From contig CAZFTE010000005.1 of assembly GCA_964521785.1 (NCBI GenBank), forward strand, positions 1,364 through 65,363: a stretch of 64,000 bases of DNA. The letters are read 5' to 3'. This DNA is from an uncultured Lachnospiraceae bacterium (GTDB lineage Bacteria; Bacillota; Clostridia; Oscillospirales; CAG-272). This document shows positions 53,474 through 63,478 of the stretch, piece after piece; position 1 is the first letter of the stretch; each line of letters begins with the position of its first letter. Both the position numbers and the translations under genes were made by a program. Below the pieces are notes generated by a model. It did not search any database and had not been told where the DNA came from. It worked only from the letters and a program-made list of their open reading frames with translations.

Positions 53474-53731
53474 AAAGCCTCCGAAAAATACTTGTATTTG
53501 TCAATAATGATCATCTCCTTCAAAGCTATCCTCCGACGATGCTTTAAGATGATGTTCGGGAAATCGTTTCAGAAAGCCCTGTCGGCTCTCTTTATATATT
53601 GTACCACATTTCTTGATATTTGTAAATAGTTTTTGAACATTTGTTCTTTTTTGACTGTAAAAAGAAGCACGTAGCTATACTTAAAAACGATCTTTTTCGT
53701 CTGTACATATAAATGCGCTCTTTTATCGTGT

Positions 53732-54763
53732 TTACATCTTTATCACAACGTTGCCCGAGTGTTCAACATCTCCCGCTGTTCTTATCGCTTTCGCAAGTTC
53801 ATCGAGCGAAAACTCATGCGTTATCATATCCTCGATAGACCATTTTCCGCTTGCCATCATGCTTTGAACATCGTATACATCTTCGGGCATATATCCGCCC
53901 GAACCGATTATGCTTTGCTGCGCGTATGTCATATGGAGAAGATCGAGCGTGCGCTGAACATTATTCACTGCAACGGAAACGAATCTGCTGTCTATCTTGC
54001 CGAGACGAATAAAATCGTCCAATATGCTCTCTGAGCCTGCCGCGTCGAGCCAACAATCTATATCAGCCGTATTGCCGCTTATAGACGCGGCGCTACCGAA
54101 ATATTTTTCCGAACTTTCTTTAAGATCCTCTGTCGCCGTATTGCAAACAACAAAACCGAGTTTGCGCGCGATATCCAAACGATATTCGGATCTGTCGCAT
54201 ACCATTACCTTGTCCATTCCGAAATATTTAAAAGCAATAGCCGCCGCGATACCTATCGTGCCGCAACCGAATACGACAGCAGATTGACCTTTTACATATC
54301 CGTCTTTTCCGCAATGTATCATGCCGCGTCTCGCCGCACGGCAACCGACAGTGAACGGTTCTATAAGACTTGCAAGCTTGTCGGATATTCTCTCGTCCAC
54401 CGCATAGAGAGAATGAGATTTCTTTGCGTTGGGAACGAGTATATATTCCGAAAATCCTCCGATGGTACCCGCTCTTTTGGTGTCGTTCTTTGCGTATCTC
54501 GGGTATGGATAAACTCTTTCTCCCACAGAAAATTCCGTTACATTCTTTCCGACCTTAACGACTCTCGATACTGTTTCATGACCAAATTCGCCTCCGACAG
54601 ATATCTTATGACCTGTATTCGGACCGTGGTTAAAAACAGCAACGTCCGTGCCGCAGATGCTCGAATATATATTTTTTATCAAAACATCGTTATCGCCGAC
54701 TTCGGGCAAAGGCACTTCCCTTATCTCAACGTTTTCTTTACCGAGATATATTCCCGCTTTCAT
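53732..54763 (-). CDS. zinc-dependent medium-chain alcohol/polyol dehydrogenase
   Basis: 343 aa with CGTD, GHE, and the Rossmann motif GCGTIG. Confidence 0.85.
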   Translation of the reverse strand: MKAGIYLGKENVEIREVPLPEVGDNDVLIKNIYSSICGTDVAVFNHGPNTGHKISVGGEFGHETVSRVVKVGKNVTEFSVGERVYPYPRYAKNDTKRAGTIGGFSEYILVPNAKKSHSLYAVDERISDKLASLIEPFTVGCRAARRGMIHCGKDGYVKGQSAVVFGCGTIGIAAAIAFKYFGMDKVMVCDRSEYRLDIARKLGFVVCNTATEDLKESSEKYFGSAASISGNTADIDCWLDAAGSESILDDFIRLGKIDSRFVSVAVNNVQRTLDLLHMTYAQQSIIGSGGYMPEDVYDVQSMMASGKWSIEDMITHEFSLDELAKAIRTAGDVEHSGNVVIKM

Positions 54764-54841
54764 GATATCACACCTTGTCTTTATATTTTTTTATTTGTAA
54801 TTATAGCACCGTTTTTTTCGCATTGTCAACGTTTTTGCAAC

Positions 54842-54870
54842 AAAAAAGCGGTGTATCTCACCGCTTTTTG
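54842..54870. terminator. bidirectional intrinsic terminator after radA
   Basis: Stem AAAAAGCGGTG/CACCGCTTTTT, 5-nt loop. Confidence 0.75.
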
Positions 54871-54873
54871 AGT

Positions 54874-56268
54874 TTATTTTTCTTTCTTTTTAAGCAATGG
54901 CAAAAGGTCGAACACGCTCTTCGCGGGAATTATCTCAACTCCGTCGGGAATGTGTGTTGATTTTGTTACGGCGCGATACGGAACGACTATCTTGCGAAAT
55001 CCGAGTCGAGCGCTTTCCTTTATCCTGTCCTCGGCGCGCATGACAGCGCGACATTCGCCCGAAAGTCCGAGTTCGCCGAAGCACAAAAGGTCATCGGGTA
55101 TCTCTACATCTCGCATCGACGAGATGAGCGCGAGCGCCATGCCCATGTCGCTTGCCGTTTCGTCGATCCTTATGCCACCTATAACATTGAGGTAAACGTC
55201 GTTTGTTGAATAGCGAAGACCGAGCCTTTTTTCAAGCACGGCAAGTATGAGCGCAACACGATTGAAATCTATGCCCGTTGACATTCTGCGCGGTGCGGGA
55301 TAAACGGTCGGCGTACAAAGCGCCTGTATCTCCGCAATGATAGGACGAGTACCCTCTATAACGCATACGGCGCAGTTGCCCGAAGTCTTTTGCGGTCTGT
55401 CCGCAAGCAACATCTCCGAGGGGTTCTGCACCTCCGAAAGACCTCTGTCGGTCATCTCGAAAACGCCTATCTCGTTGGTCGAACCGAAACGATTCTTCAT
55501 AGCTCGTATTATGCGGAAATTCTGTCTTCTTTCACCTTCGAAGTAAAGAACCGTATCAACCATATGCTCAAGTATCTTAGGTCCCGCGATGGTGCCCTCT
55601 TTGTTTACATGACCGACCAATAGAACGCTCGTGCCGTCCGTTTTTGCTTTGTTTATGAACATGGAAGCACATTCGCGTATCTGCGTAACGCTTCCGGGAA
55701 CGCTCGCGCTCTCCACATGGTACATCGTTTGTATGGAATCCACGATTATTATATCGGGCGCAAGCTTTTCCGCTTTTGATATGACTTTTTGAGCGTTCGT
55801 CTCCGCAAGGACATATATGCGTTCGCCTTTAACTCCCAAACGCTTTGCGCGCATCGAAAGTTGCGCGGCTGATTCCTCGCCCGTAACGTAAAGCACGATC
55901 TTCGTTGTTGAAAGCGAAGCACATATCTGCATGAGTAGCGTCGATTTACCTATACCGGGTTCGCCAGAAAGAAGCACTACGCTTCCCTCTACGAGGCCGC
56001 CGCCAAGCACGCGGTCAAATTCCTGCATACCCGTGTCCGAGCGGATATACTCGGGCAGATCGTCCCAAGAAAGCTTTTGCACCTCGGAATCCTCATCGTT
56101 CCTTACGAGTATGGAGCGACGAGGGCTTTCTTTTTTGGAGGCTGTAGTCTCTTCCTCGAAAGTTTCCTCCGTAAATGTATTCCAGCTTCCACAGGAAGGG
56201 CATTTGCCGAGCCATTTCGGACTTTGATAATCACATTCGGTGCAAACATAAACTTTTTTCTGCTTCAT
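54874..56268 (-). CDS. radA: DNA repair protein RadA/Sms
   Basis: Zinc finger CTECDYQSPKWLGKCPSC, Walker A GEPGIGKST, KNRFG, and a Lon-like C-terminus. Start moved to ATG 56268 (AAGGA upstream), which avoids overlap with cwlD. Confidence 0.93.
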   Translation of the reverse strand: MKQKKVYVCTECDYQSPKWLGKCPSCGSWNTFTEETFEEETTASKKESPRRSILVRNDEDSEVQKLSWDDLPEYIRSDTGMQEFDRVLGGGLVEGSVVLLSGEPGIGKSTLLMQICASLSTTKIVLYVTGEESAAQLSMRAKRLGVKGERIYVLAETNAQKVISKAEKLAPDIIIVDSIQTMYHVESASVPGSVTQIRECASMFINKAKTDGTSVLLVGHVNKEGTIAGPKILEHMVDTVLYFEGERRQNFRIIRAMKNRFGSTNEIGVFEMTDRGLSEVQNPSEMLLADRPQKTSGNCAVCVIEGTRPIIAEIQALCTPTVYPAPRRMSTGIDFNRVALILAVLEKRLGLRYSTNDVYLNVIGGIRIDETASDMGMALALISSMRDVEIPDDLLCFGELGLSGECRAVMRAEDRIKESARLGFRKIVVPYRAVTKSTHIPDGVEIIPAKSVFDLLPLLKKKEK

Positions 56269-56297
56269 TATTGTAACATCCTTACTTTGTTTGAATA

Positions 56298-57050
56298 TCA
56301 TTGTGTCTGCGAAGCGATAACGTCCAACACGGCGCACGATATCACCGCCGCAAGCTTATCTTGGTACCCCTCGTCCTGCAATAGCGCCGCTTCATCCGTG
56401 TTAGAAAGGAATCCACATTCCACAAGCACCGCAGGTACACGGATATTGTTCAAGATATATATTGCGGAATCCGCCGCCTTTGTCATGCGGGCGTTGCCGC
56501 TTTGCAGAGTGGCGACCGTCTTTGACTGTATCGCATCTGCCAAGATCTTGCTCTTATCGTTGTTTTTTGAATAATACACTTGCAGACCGCTGTATTTCTC
56601 AACGGGAAATTTATTCATATGTATGCTCACGAAAACACATTTTTCGTAAGCATCTACGGTGTGCAGACGCACATTGAGGTCATCTTGCTTCTTGTGCTTG
56701 GAGCTTTCGTCTGCGAGCATAACGTCCTCTTCCCTCGTCATTACGACATCAACATTTGCAAGAGAAAGTATCTTCTTTATCTTCTTTGCCACGGCAAGAT
56801 TCAAGTGCTTTTCCAAAACGCCGCTCTCCGTCATCGCGCCGCCGTCAAGACCGCCATGGCCTGCGTCTATAACGATAGTCATGCGTTCATCTGACGTTGC
56901 GAAAACATCTTTTTCGTCGTCCATGCCGATATCGCTCACGCGCTCGCCTATCGTATATGTTACCGAAACGAGCGAGAGACACACCGCCGAAAAAACGACA
57001 AAAAACGATATCTGCCGCCAAAAATAATTTTTTATCTTCTTCAAAACCAT
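56298..57050 (-). CDS. cwlD: N-acetylmuramoyl-L-alanine amidase, CwlD-like
   Basis: 250 aa with an N-terminal TM and an Amidase_3 domain (VIDAGHGGLDGGA, SIHMN, ECGFLSN). Confidence 0.75.
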   Translation of the reverse strand: MVLKKIKNYFWRQISFFVVFSAVCLSLVSVTYTIGERVSDIGMDDEKDVFATSDERMTIVIDAGHGGLDGGAMTESGVLEKHLNLAVAKKIKKILSLANVDVVMTREEDVMLADESSKHKKQDDLNVRLHTVDAYEKCVFVSIHMNKFPVEKYSGLQVYYSKNNDKSKILADAIQSKTVATLQSGNARMTKAADSAIYILNNIRVPAVLVECGFLSNTDEAALLQDEGYQDKLAAVISCAVLDVIASQTQ

Positions 57051-57094
57051 TCACCGCCGAATCTATATTTTATGCAAAATATATTCGGCGGTGA
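57051..57094. other. long hairpin abutting the cwlD start codon
   Basis: TCACCGCCGAAT..TATATTTT / AAAATATA..TTCGGCGGTGA, about 19 bp with a 2-nt bulge. On the minus strand the 3' arm ends GGCGGTGA, immediately before the cwlD ATG. Confidence 0.6.
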
Positions 57095-57116
57095 TACGGA
57101 TTATGAAAAACTTTCG

Positions 57117-57779
57117 TCAGATAAGCTCGTCCTCATCATCGTCAGGCTCATTGCGTTTGTTTTTCTTTTCTTCTTTGAGTTTCTTTTTGTTTTCTTTCTC
57201 ATATCTGCGACGTTCTTCGTCCTCGGGCGTGTCGGCGGCGGGAGCAAGATAGATGTCCTTCATACCGAGTATGTAGCATATGCCGCACGAGATAACCGTA
57301 AAGAAAGGAATGAATATAAAGAGATAGGGGCCTTTTTGGAAGAACACTTCCTTAACGCCCATGAACATACCCTCCCAAAGCGTTGCGATGAAGGAGAAGA
57401 TGGCGCAAGGAGCCACAGCCCATTCGTATCCTTTCAAAAACCAGAACACTACATAGAGAGTGCAAATGATAAAATCGGGAATGGCAGTGATGAGACCGAT
57501 GATGAATCCCTTTGCGGGCGTTGCTTTCGCGCGACCGCCGACAACGCGGATATTATCCTTCGAGCCTATCTCCCAGACCTTGTAATATATCATATAAAAA
57601 TAAAATACCACGGAAATTATACCAAAAGCGCCCGCGAGCAAAGTATGAAACATACTTTCCCCTACTTTGTTCAAGGGGAGCCAAGTCATAAGACCGAACA
57701 TCGATATTACAACATGGACAACGAGCAGTTTTACGATAAGATAACCGTTTTCGCCAAAAAACTTTTTGATTTTTTCCAT
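57117..57779 (-). CDS. uncharacterized membrane protein with a charged C-terminal tail
   Basis: 220 aa, about 5 TM, with C-terminus PEDEERRRYEKENKKKLKEEKKNKRNEPDDDEDELI. I do not recognise a family. Confidence 0.55.
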   Translation of the reverse strand: MEKIKKFFGENGYLIVKLLVVHVVISMFGLMTWLPLNKVGESMFHTLLAGAFGIISVVFYFYMIYYKVWEIGSKDNIRVVGGRAKATPAKGFIIGLITAIPDFIICTLYVVFWFLKGYEWAVAPCAIFSFIATLWEGMFMGVKEVFFQKGPYLFIFIPFFTVISCGICYILGMKDIYLAPAADTPEDEERRRYEKENKKKLKEEKKNKRNEPDDDEDELI

Positions 57780-57879
57780 AAAGCAACTCCGTTATCAGAT
57801 TATTATGTTTATTATTTTAACCTTAAAACGCACCAAATGCAAGCGAATAACGGAAAATAATATATTTTGTTAAAAAAAG

Positions 57880-57908
57880 TTTACATTTTTCAAAAAAGGT
57901 AGTATAAT
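57880..57908 (+). promoter_or_regulatory. sigma-A promoter upstream of the tyrosine recombinase gene
   Basis: TTTACA (57880-57885), 17-nt spacer, TATAAT (57903-57908). Confidence 0.55.
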
Positions 57909-57948
57909 ATTTTGTATAATTCACAGAAGAAACGGTGCTGATAAAAAC

Positions 57949-58968
57949 ATGGAAGAAAAAACATCTAACAAAAACGACAAATCCCCTCTTGTCGAACGTT
58001 TTTTGCGATATAAGTTGGTCATACAGGGCAGATCGAAAAAGACCGTTGACGAATACGCGCTCGATCTGCGTACATTTTTCAGATATATGATAGCCGTGCG
58101 AAGCGAAATATCCACCGACGGTGAAGAATTTGAAAACATCTCCATCGCTTGCGTTGACGAAGAATTCGTCAAGAGCATCAAAACGATAGACGTGCTTGAA
58201 TTTATGTCGTTCGTCGCAAGCGAACGCGACAACGCGGCTTCCGCGCGTTCGCGCAAGCTCTCCACGCTCCGTATGTTTTTCAAATATCTCACGGCAAACG
58301 AAAGGATAATGGAAGTAAACCCCGTTGCAGATATCGAATCCCCGAAGCAAAAAAAATCTTTGCCGAAATACCTGACCGTCGAAGAGAGCAAGAATCTGCT
58401 CCACAGTGTACTCGCTGACGAAGAGAACAAAAACAAAGAGCGCGATTTTTGCATCTTGACTTTGTTCTTGAACTGCGGTCTGCGTCTTTCGGAGCTTGTC
58501 GGAATAAATCTTCCGAACATAGACAGAGAACTTCGTTCCGTCCGCATAGTCGGTAAAGGCAGTAAGGAGAGGATAATCTACCTCAACGACGCTTGCAAGA
58601 GCGCACTCGCAACATATCTCGAAGTGCGCGCCAAAAATTCCGAAAACATCAAAGAGAGCGACAAGCAAGCGCTCTTCATCTCCCGACTCGGAAAGAGGAT
58701 AAGCAACAAGACCGTACAGTGGCTCGTATATAAATACCTCGAAGAAGCAGGACTTGAATATAAGCATTTTTCGACACATAAGCTTCGCCATACGGCGGCG
58801 ACGCTCATGTATCAAGAGGGTGGAGTTGACGTCTTGGCTCTTCAAGATATATTGGGTCATGCACAGCTCAATACGACACAGATATATACCCATATCAACA
58901 ACAAAAAGCTTCAAGAAGCGGTCGAGAGCCACCCTTTGGCAAACATCACCGAAGAAGACGTAAAATAA
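57949..58968 (+). CDS. tyrosine recombinase, XerC/XerD family
   Basis: 339 aa with an N-terminal SAM-like core-binding domain and a catalytic region containing GLRLSE, HKLRHTAAT and LGHAQLNTTQIYTH. Confidence 0.85.
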   Translation: MEEKTSNKNDKSPLVERFLRYKLVIQGRSKKTVDEYALDLRTFFRYMIAVRSEISTDGEEFENISIACVDEEFVKSIKTIDVLEFMSFVASERDNAASARSRKLSTLRMFFKYLTANERIMEVNPVADIESPKQKKSLPKYLTVEESKNLLHSVLADEENKNKERDFCILTLFLNCGLRLSELVGINLPNIDRELRSVRIVGKGSKERIIYLNDACKSALATYLEVRAKNSENIKESDKQALFISRLGKRISNKTVQWLVYKYLEEAGLEYKHFSTHKLRHTAATLMYQEGGVDVLALQDILGHAQLNTTQIYTHINNKKLQEAVESHPLANITEEDVK

Positions 58969-58993
58969 CATATCTACAAGGAAACACTCACAC

Positions 58994-60130
58994 ATGAACA
59001 AAGATAAGATGCATTGGGTCTCCGCTTGGGGAAACGCGATGTCCATCGCCGAAAACAGACCCGAAAGTTATGCAAAAAATATCACTCTGCGCTACCCCGT
59101 TTATTTGCCGTTCGGCGGCAAAGCGCTCCGCCTTACTTTTGACAATTACTGCGGAACAGAACACATAACGATAGAAAAGACCACCGTCCGCATAAGCGGC
59201 ACATTCCGCACGGCTACATTCGAAAATAACGAGCGCGTGACCATCGACAATGGAAAAAGCGCCGTTTGCGACACTATCTTTTGCGATATCTCGCAAGACA
59301 GCACCATCGAGATAAGTTTCTATCTCAAAGACTTTACGCAGATGCGCTCTGCGGTATATGTTCAGGGTCCGCTCTCCAAAGGCGATTTTGCCATAGGCGA
59401 TCTTACCGAGACCGAAATTTTCCCGAAAGAGATATCAAAAAGCGCACCTTATTGCTATTTTTTGAGCAACGTTTCGGTCTATACGGAAGAAACGAAGCGC
59501 GCTATCGTTTGCTATGGGGATTCCATCACGGCGCAAAACTTCCCCGATGAGCTTGCACTCTTATGCAAAAACAACGGCATATCCGATACCTCTGTTATAC
59601 GCAGAGCGACAAGCGGTTCGCGCATATTGCGAGAATACAGCTGTATCTCTTATGAATCCTACGGTCTTTGCGGTAAAAAACGTTTTTCGCACGAAGTCCC
59701 GACAGACGGTGCGGACACCGTTCTCATATTGCAAGGTATAAACGATATAATACATCTCGTCGGAACAGACGTAAATCCTTTCCGACCCATGAGCGACCTG
59801 CCGACGGCGGAAGAACTTATCGACGGTCTTAAATATTACATCGAACAAGCGCGCTCTTACGGATACAAAGTTTATGTCGGAACGCTCTTGCCTATAGGCG
59901 GCTGGCGCACTTACGCACCGTTCCGCGAGGAATTGCGCAACGCTTATAACGATTGGATACGTTCCACTTCTCTCATAGACGGATGCGTGGACTTCGATAT
60001 GGCGATGAAAGACCCGAATAACACGGAAGCGTTTCTGCCGCAATATGACAGCGGAGACCATCTGCACCCAAGCGCCGAGGGATATCGTGTGATGGCTCGC
60101 GAAGCCGCAAAAACGATATTGGGCATATGA
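58994..60130 (+). CDS. SGNH/GDSL-family hydrolase with an N-terminal beta-sandwich region
   Basis: 378 aa with block I CYGDSITAQ, GINDI, and block V DHLHPS. Confidence 0.8.
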   Translation: MNKDKMHWVSAWGNAMSIAENRPESYAKNITLRYPVYLPFGGKALRLTFDNYCGTEHITIEKTTVRISGTFRTATFENNERVTIDNGKSAVCDTIFCDISQDSTIEISFYLKDFTQMRSAVYVQGPLSKGDFAIGDLTETEIFPKEISKSAPYCYFLSNVSVYTEETKRAIVCYGDSITAQNFPDELALLCKNNGISDTSVIRRATSGSRILREYSCISYESYGLCGKKRFSHEVPTDGADTVLILQGINDIIHLVGTDVNPFRPMSDLPTAEELIDGLKYYIEQARSYGYKVYVGTLLPIGGWRTYAPFREELRNAYNDWIRSTSLIDGCVDFDMAMKDPNNTEAFLPQYDSGDHLHPSAEGYRVMAREAAKTILGI

Positions 60131-60261
60131 ACGACGCAATGCTTATTTTTTCAAATATTCTTGACACAAACCGAGCGCCTATGTTAATATTATAATTAAC
60201 TATAAATTTCTCGATTTATATTATACTCAAACCAATTTTTATATACAAAGGAGACAAAAAC

Positions 60262-60708
60262 ATGAAAGTCGTACTTCTTGCTGACGTAAAAAGTCAAGGC
60301 AAAAAAGGTCAAGTCATCGACGTATCCGAAGGATATGCGAAAAATTTCCTCTTCCCCAAAAAACTTGCCGTTGCCGCAAACAATCAGATACTCACTGAAA
60401 TAAAGGGCAAAGAGGAATCCAGACTTCACAATATCGAGCTTGAAAAAGCAGCGGCAAAAGAGACCGCACAGAAACTTTCCGATATAACGGTAAAGATAAC
60501 ATCAAAAGCAGGTACGGACGGTCGTACATATGGCTCTGTTACGGCAAAGGATATCGCGGAAGCTCTCGAAACTCAGCACAAGATAAAGGTAGACCGCCGC
60601 AAGATCACTCTTAACGAGCCTATCAAAACATTCGGCACATACATTCTCGACGTAAAGCTTTACGCGGACGTTTCCGGTAAGATCACCGTTTCCGTTTCCG
60701 AAGGCTGA
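60262..60708 (+). CDS. rplI: 50S ribosomal protein L9
   Basis: 148 aa starting MKVVLLADVKSQGKKGQVIDVSEGYAKNFLFPKKLA. Confidence 0.96.
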   Translation: MKVVLLADVKSQGKKGQVIDVSEGYAKNFLFPKKLAVAANNQILTEIKGKEESRLHNIELEKAAAKETAQKLSDITVKITSKAGTDGRTYGSVTAKDIAEALETQHKIKVDRRKITLNEPIKTFGTYILDVKLYADVSGKITVSVSEG

Positions 60709-60758
60709 CGCACCCACCTCGAAAACGCTGTAATATTTAAATAAGGAGGTACAAAGCT

Positions 60759-62084
60759 TTGAAGGATACCGAAAAAAATATACCGTTTGCGCTTGAAGCG
60801 GAGCAATCCGTGCTTGGTTCTATACTCATAGACCCGGAAGCATTTACCGATATAACGGAGATAATAAGCGCAGAGGATTTTTATCTTTCGGAACACGCGG
60901 AGATATTCTCCGCCATGCGCGATCTTTTCTCGGAAAACAGAGAGATTGACCTTGTAACTCTCATAGATATGCTTGTAAAGCGCGGCGTTTATAACGAGGA
61001 AGAAAGCAAAAAATATATAAAGGTCATCGCTCAGACCGTCCCCAGCGCCTCAAACGTGCGCGATTACGCGCGCATAGTCAAGGACAAGAGCCTTTTGCGC
61101 TCGCTTATCAAAGCGTCCGACGAGATACGTGAGGACGCTTACACCGAGCAGGGTGATATACAGCATCTTTTGGACAGTGCGGAGCAAAAGATATACAATG
61201 TTTCCCACGGAAACGAAACAAGATCTTTTGTTACGCTCGGAGATGCCATTCGCCAAACATATACGCGACTTGACCTCATAAACAAAAACAAAAAAGCCGC
61301 CATGGGTACGCCCACGGGGTTCGAGGGACTTGACAAGACCATCGTCGGAATGGGTCCCGGAGATCTTGTAATATTGGGCGCTCGTCCCGGTATGGGTAAA
61401 ACGAGTTTTGCGCTCAACATCGCGGCAAACGTCGCAAAGAGCGAAAACAAGACCGTCTGCGTCTTCTCGCTTGAAATGTCCGCCGAACAGCTCGCGACCC
61501 GTGTGCTTTCCAGTGAAGCGATGGTAAACAGCTATTCTCTGCGTTCGGGCAGCTTGCAGAACGAAGATTGGGCAAAGCTTGCGGGAGCGGCGGCTCGCCT
61601 TTCCAAATGCGACATACTTATAGACGACACGAGCGGCATAACCGTTACGGGTATGAAAGCGAAGCTTCGCAGGGTCAAGAACCTCGGACTTATCGTCGTT
61701 GACTATCTTCAGCTCATGAAAGGCGAAACAAAGACAGACAACCGTGTGCAGGAAGTTACGGAAATATCCCGCGGTCTTAAACTAATGGCAAAAGATTTCG
61801 GTGTTCCCTGTATATGCGCGGCTCAGCTCTCCCGCGGACCCGCGAAAGAAGCTCGCCGTCCCGCACTTTCCGACCTTCGAGAATCGGGGTCTATCGAGCA
61901 GGACGCCGACCTTGTTATGTTCCTGCACAGCGAGAGCTATTATGACCCGACCGACCTTGAAAAGAAAGGTAAAGCGGAATGTATCATCGCCAAGAACCGT
62001 CATGGTGAAGTGAAGGTGGTTCCGCTTCGTTGGATAGGCGAATATACAAAATTCCTTACGGTAGACGCGGAGCATGAAGAATGA
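60759..62084 (+). CDS. dnaB: replicative DNA helicase (DnaB family)
   Basis: 441 aa with a TTG start 9 nt after AAGGAGG. Motifs PFALEAEQSVLGSIL and Walker A GARPGMGKTSFALN. Confidence 0.95.
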   Translation: MKDTEKNIPFALEAEQSVLGSILIDPEAFTDITEIISAEDFYLSEHAEIFSAMRDLFSENREIDLVTLIDMLVKRGVYNEEESKKYIKVIAQTVPSASNVRDYARIVKDKSLLRSLIKASDEIREDAYTEQGDIQHLLDSAEQKIYNVSHGNETRSFVTLGDAIRQTYTRLDLINKNKKAAMGTPTGFEGLDKTIVGMGPGDLVILGARPGMGKTSFALNIAANVAKSENKTVCVFSLEMSAEQLATRVLSSEAMVNSYSLRSGSLQNEDWAKLAGAAARLSKCDILIDDTSGITVTGMKAKLRRVKNLGLIVVDYLQLMKGETKTDNRVQEVTEISRGLKLMAKDFGVPCICAAQLSRGPAKEARRPALSDLRESGSIEQDADLVMFLHSESYYDPTDLEKKGKAECIIAKNRHGEVKVVPLRWIGEYTKFLTVDAEHEE

Positions 62085-63457
62085 GTTTTTCCAAAACAGT
62101 TATCCAAAAGGCTCGCGAAGCCGTTAAAAAATTTGAACTTATCTCGGAAAACGATAAAGTTCTCGTCGGATTTTCCGGCGGAGCGGATTCCACCGTATTG
62201 CTCTCCGTTATGCATGAGATCCTCGGAAACAGAGTTTGCGCTTTTCATGTGAACCATATGCTTCGCGGTGCAGATTCTGACGAGGACGAGCTTTTCTGCC
62301 GTCGCTTCTGCGAGAGCATAGGCATACCGTTCAATGCGGTGCATATAGATATAATGGCTATTTCAGGCGGTACTGGCGTGGAGGAAACGGCGCGAAACGA
62401 GCGCTATTCCGCGTTGACCGCCGAATGTGAACGAATCGGTGCGAAAAAGATCGCTTTGGCGCACACTGCGTCGGACAATATCGAAACGGTGATATTCAAC
62501 TTGGCTCGCGGCGCTTCCCTTTCGGGTATGCGCGGCATACCGCCAAAAAGACCGCAAGGAGATGTTGAAGTCATTCGTCCGCTCATTCTCTGTACAAGAG
62601 AAGAAATCGAGGGATATTGCCGTGAGCATTCGCTTTCTTTCTGCACCGACAAAACGAACAGCGACACAAATTATACGCGAAACTTCATACGCCACAAGAT
62701 AGTACCGCTCATGAAAGAGATAAATCCGAACGCGGAAGCACGAGCGATATCAGCAGGAGAAAGCCTTGCGCGAGATGCGGACTTCATAGCACTTTCCGTT
62801 GAAAGCTTCTGCCGCGAAAATATCGTCGAAAACGCTTGCGACATATCCGCACTCAAAAGCGCGCACCCCGCCGTGCGTTCACGTGCGATAGCAAAGATGT
62901 ACGGCAATATTTGCGACGAAAAGCTGGAAGCTCGCCACTTCGACGAGATAGACTTTTTCATACACAACAATAAAAACGGCGCACGTATCGCGTTGCCGTG
63001 CAAGATATCCGCTTTGATGCGCGATAACAGACTCGTTTTTCTAAGCGAAGAAGAACTTTTGCGTCAAACGAAAAAAGAAAAGTTTTGCGAAAACGTGAAA
63101 GAAGGCTTTTCCGAATACGGCAATTTCTCCGTTTTGCTGTGCAAAAGAGGAGGCGAAAAGCTCTACCTCAATGATATAACAAAAACGCCGTCGTTTACGG
63201 CAAAAACATTGCTTCCCGCAGATACCGCAAACGAACTTTGCGTAAGAACGCGCGAAAGCGGCGAAAAATATGTTTTCGGCGGCATGACGAGAACGCTCAA
63301 AAAATTGCTCTCGGGAGAAAGCGAAAAGGTCAAAGCGGAACGACCCGTTTTCTGCGATAACGAAGGCATAATATGGTTGCCGCCGTTCCGCATACGCGAT
63401 GATATCTATAAAAAAGCAGATCTCTCGGCTTACACATTGTATTATTTTGAATATTAA
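62081..63457 (+). CDS. tilS: tRNA(Ile)-lysidine synthetase
   Basis: 458 aa with PP-loop SGGADS. ATGA overlap with dnaB. Confidence 0.9.
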   Translation: MSFSKTVIQKAREAVKKFELISENDKVLVGFSGGADSTVLLSVMHEILGNRVCAFHVNHMLRGADSDEDELFCRRFCESIGIPFNAVHIDIMAISGGTGVEETARNERYSALTAECERIGAKKIALAHTASDNIETVIFNLARGASLSGMRGIPPKRPQGDVEVIRPLILCTREEIEGYCREHSLSFCTDKTNSDTNYTRNFIRHKIVPLMKEINPNAEARAISAGESLARDADFIALSVESFCRENIVENACDISALKSAHPAVRSRAIAKMYGNICDEKLEARHFDEIDFFIHNNKNGARIALPCKISALMRDNRLVFLSEEELLRQTKKEKFCENVKEGFSEYGNFSVLLCKRGGEKLYLNDITKTPSFTAKTLLPADTANELCVRTRESGEKYVFGGMTRTLKKLLSGESEKVKAERPVFCDNEGIIWLPPFRIRDDIYKKADLSAYTLYYFEY

Positions 63458-63478
63458 AAATTCAGAAAGAGGTTTATT

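Noticed and set aside
57949-58968. Tyrosine recombinase as the integrase of a mobile element or prophage.
   Set aside because: There are no flanking direct or inverted repeats, no tRNA attachment site, and no phage or transposon genes. The neighbours are housekeeping genes (cwlD, radA, rplI, dnaB). It is most simply a chromosomal Xer-type recombinase, although this cannot be proven without a dif-site search.
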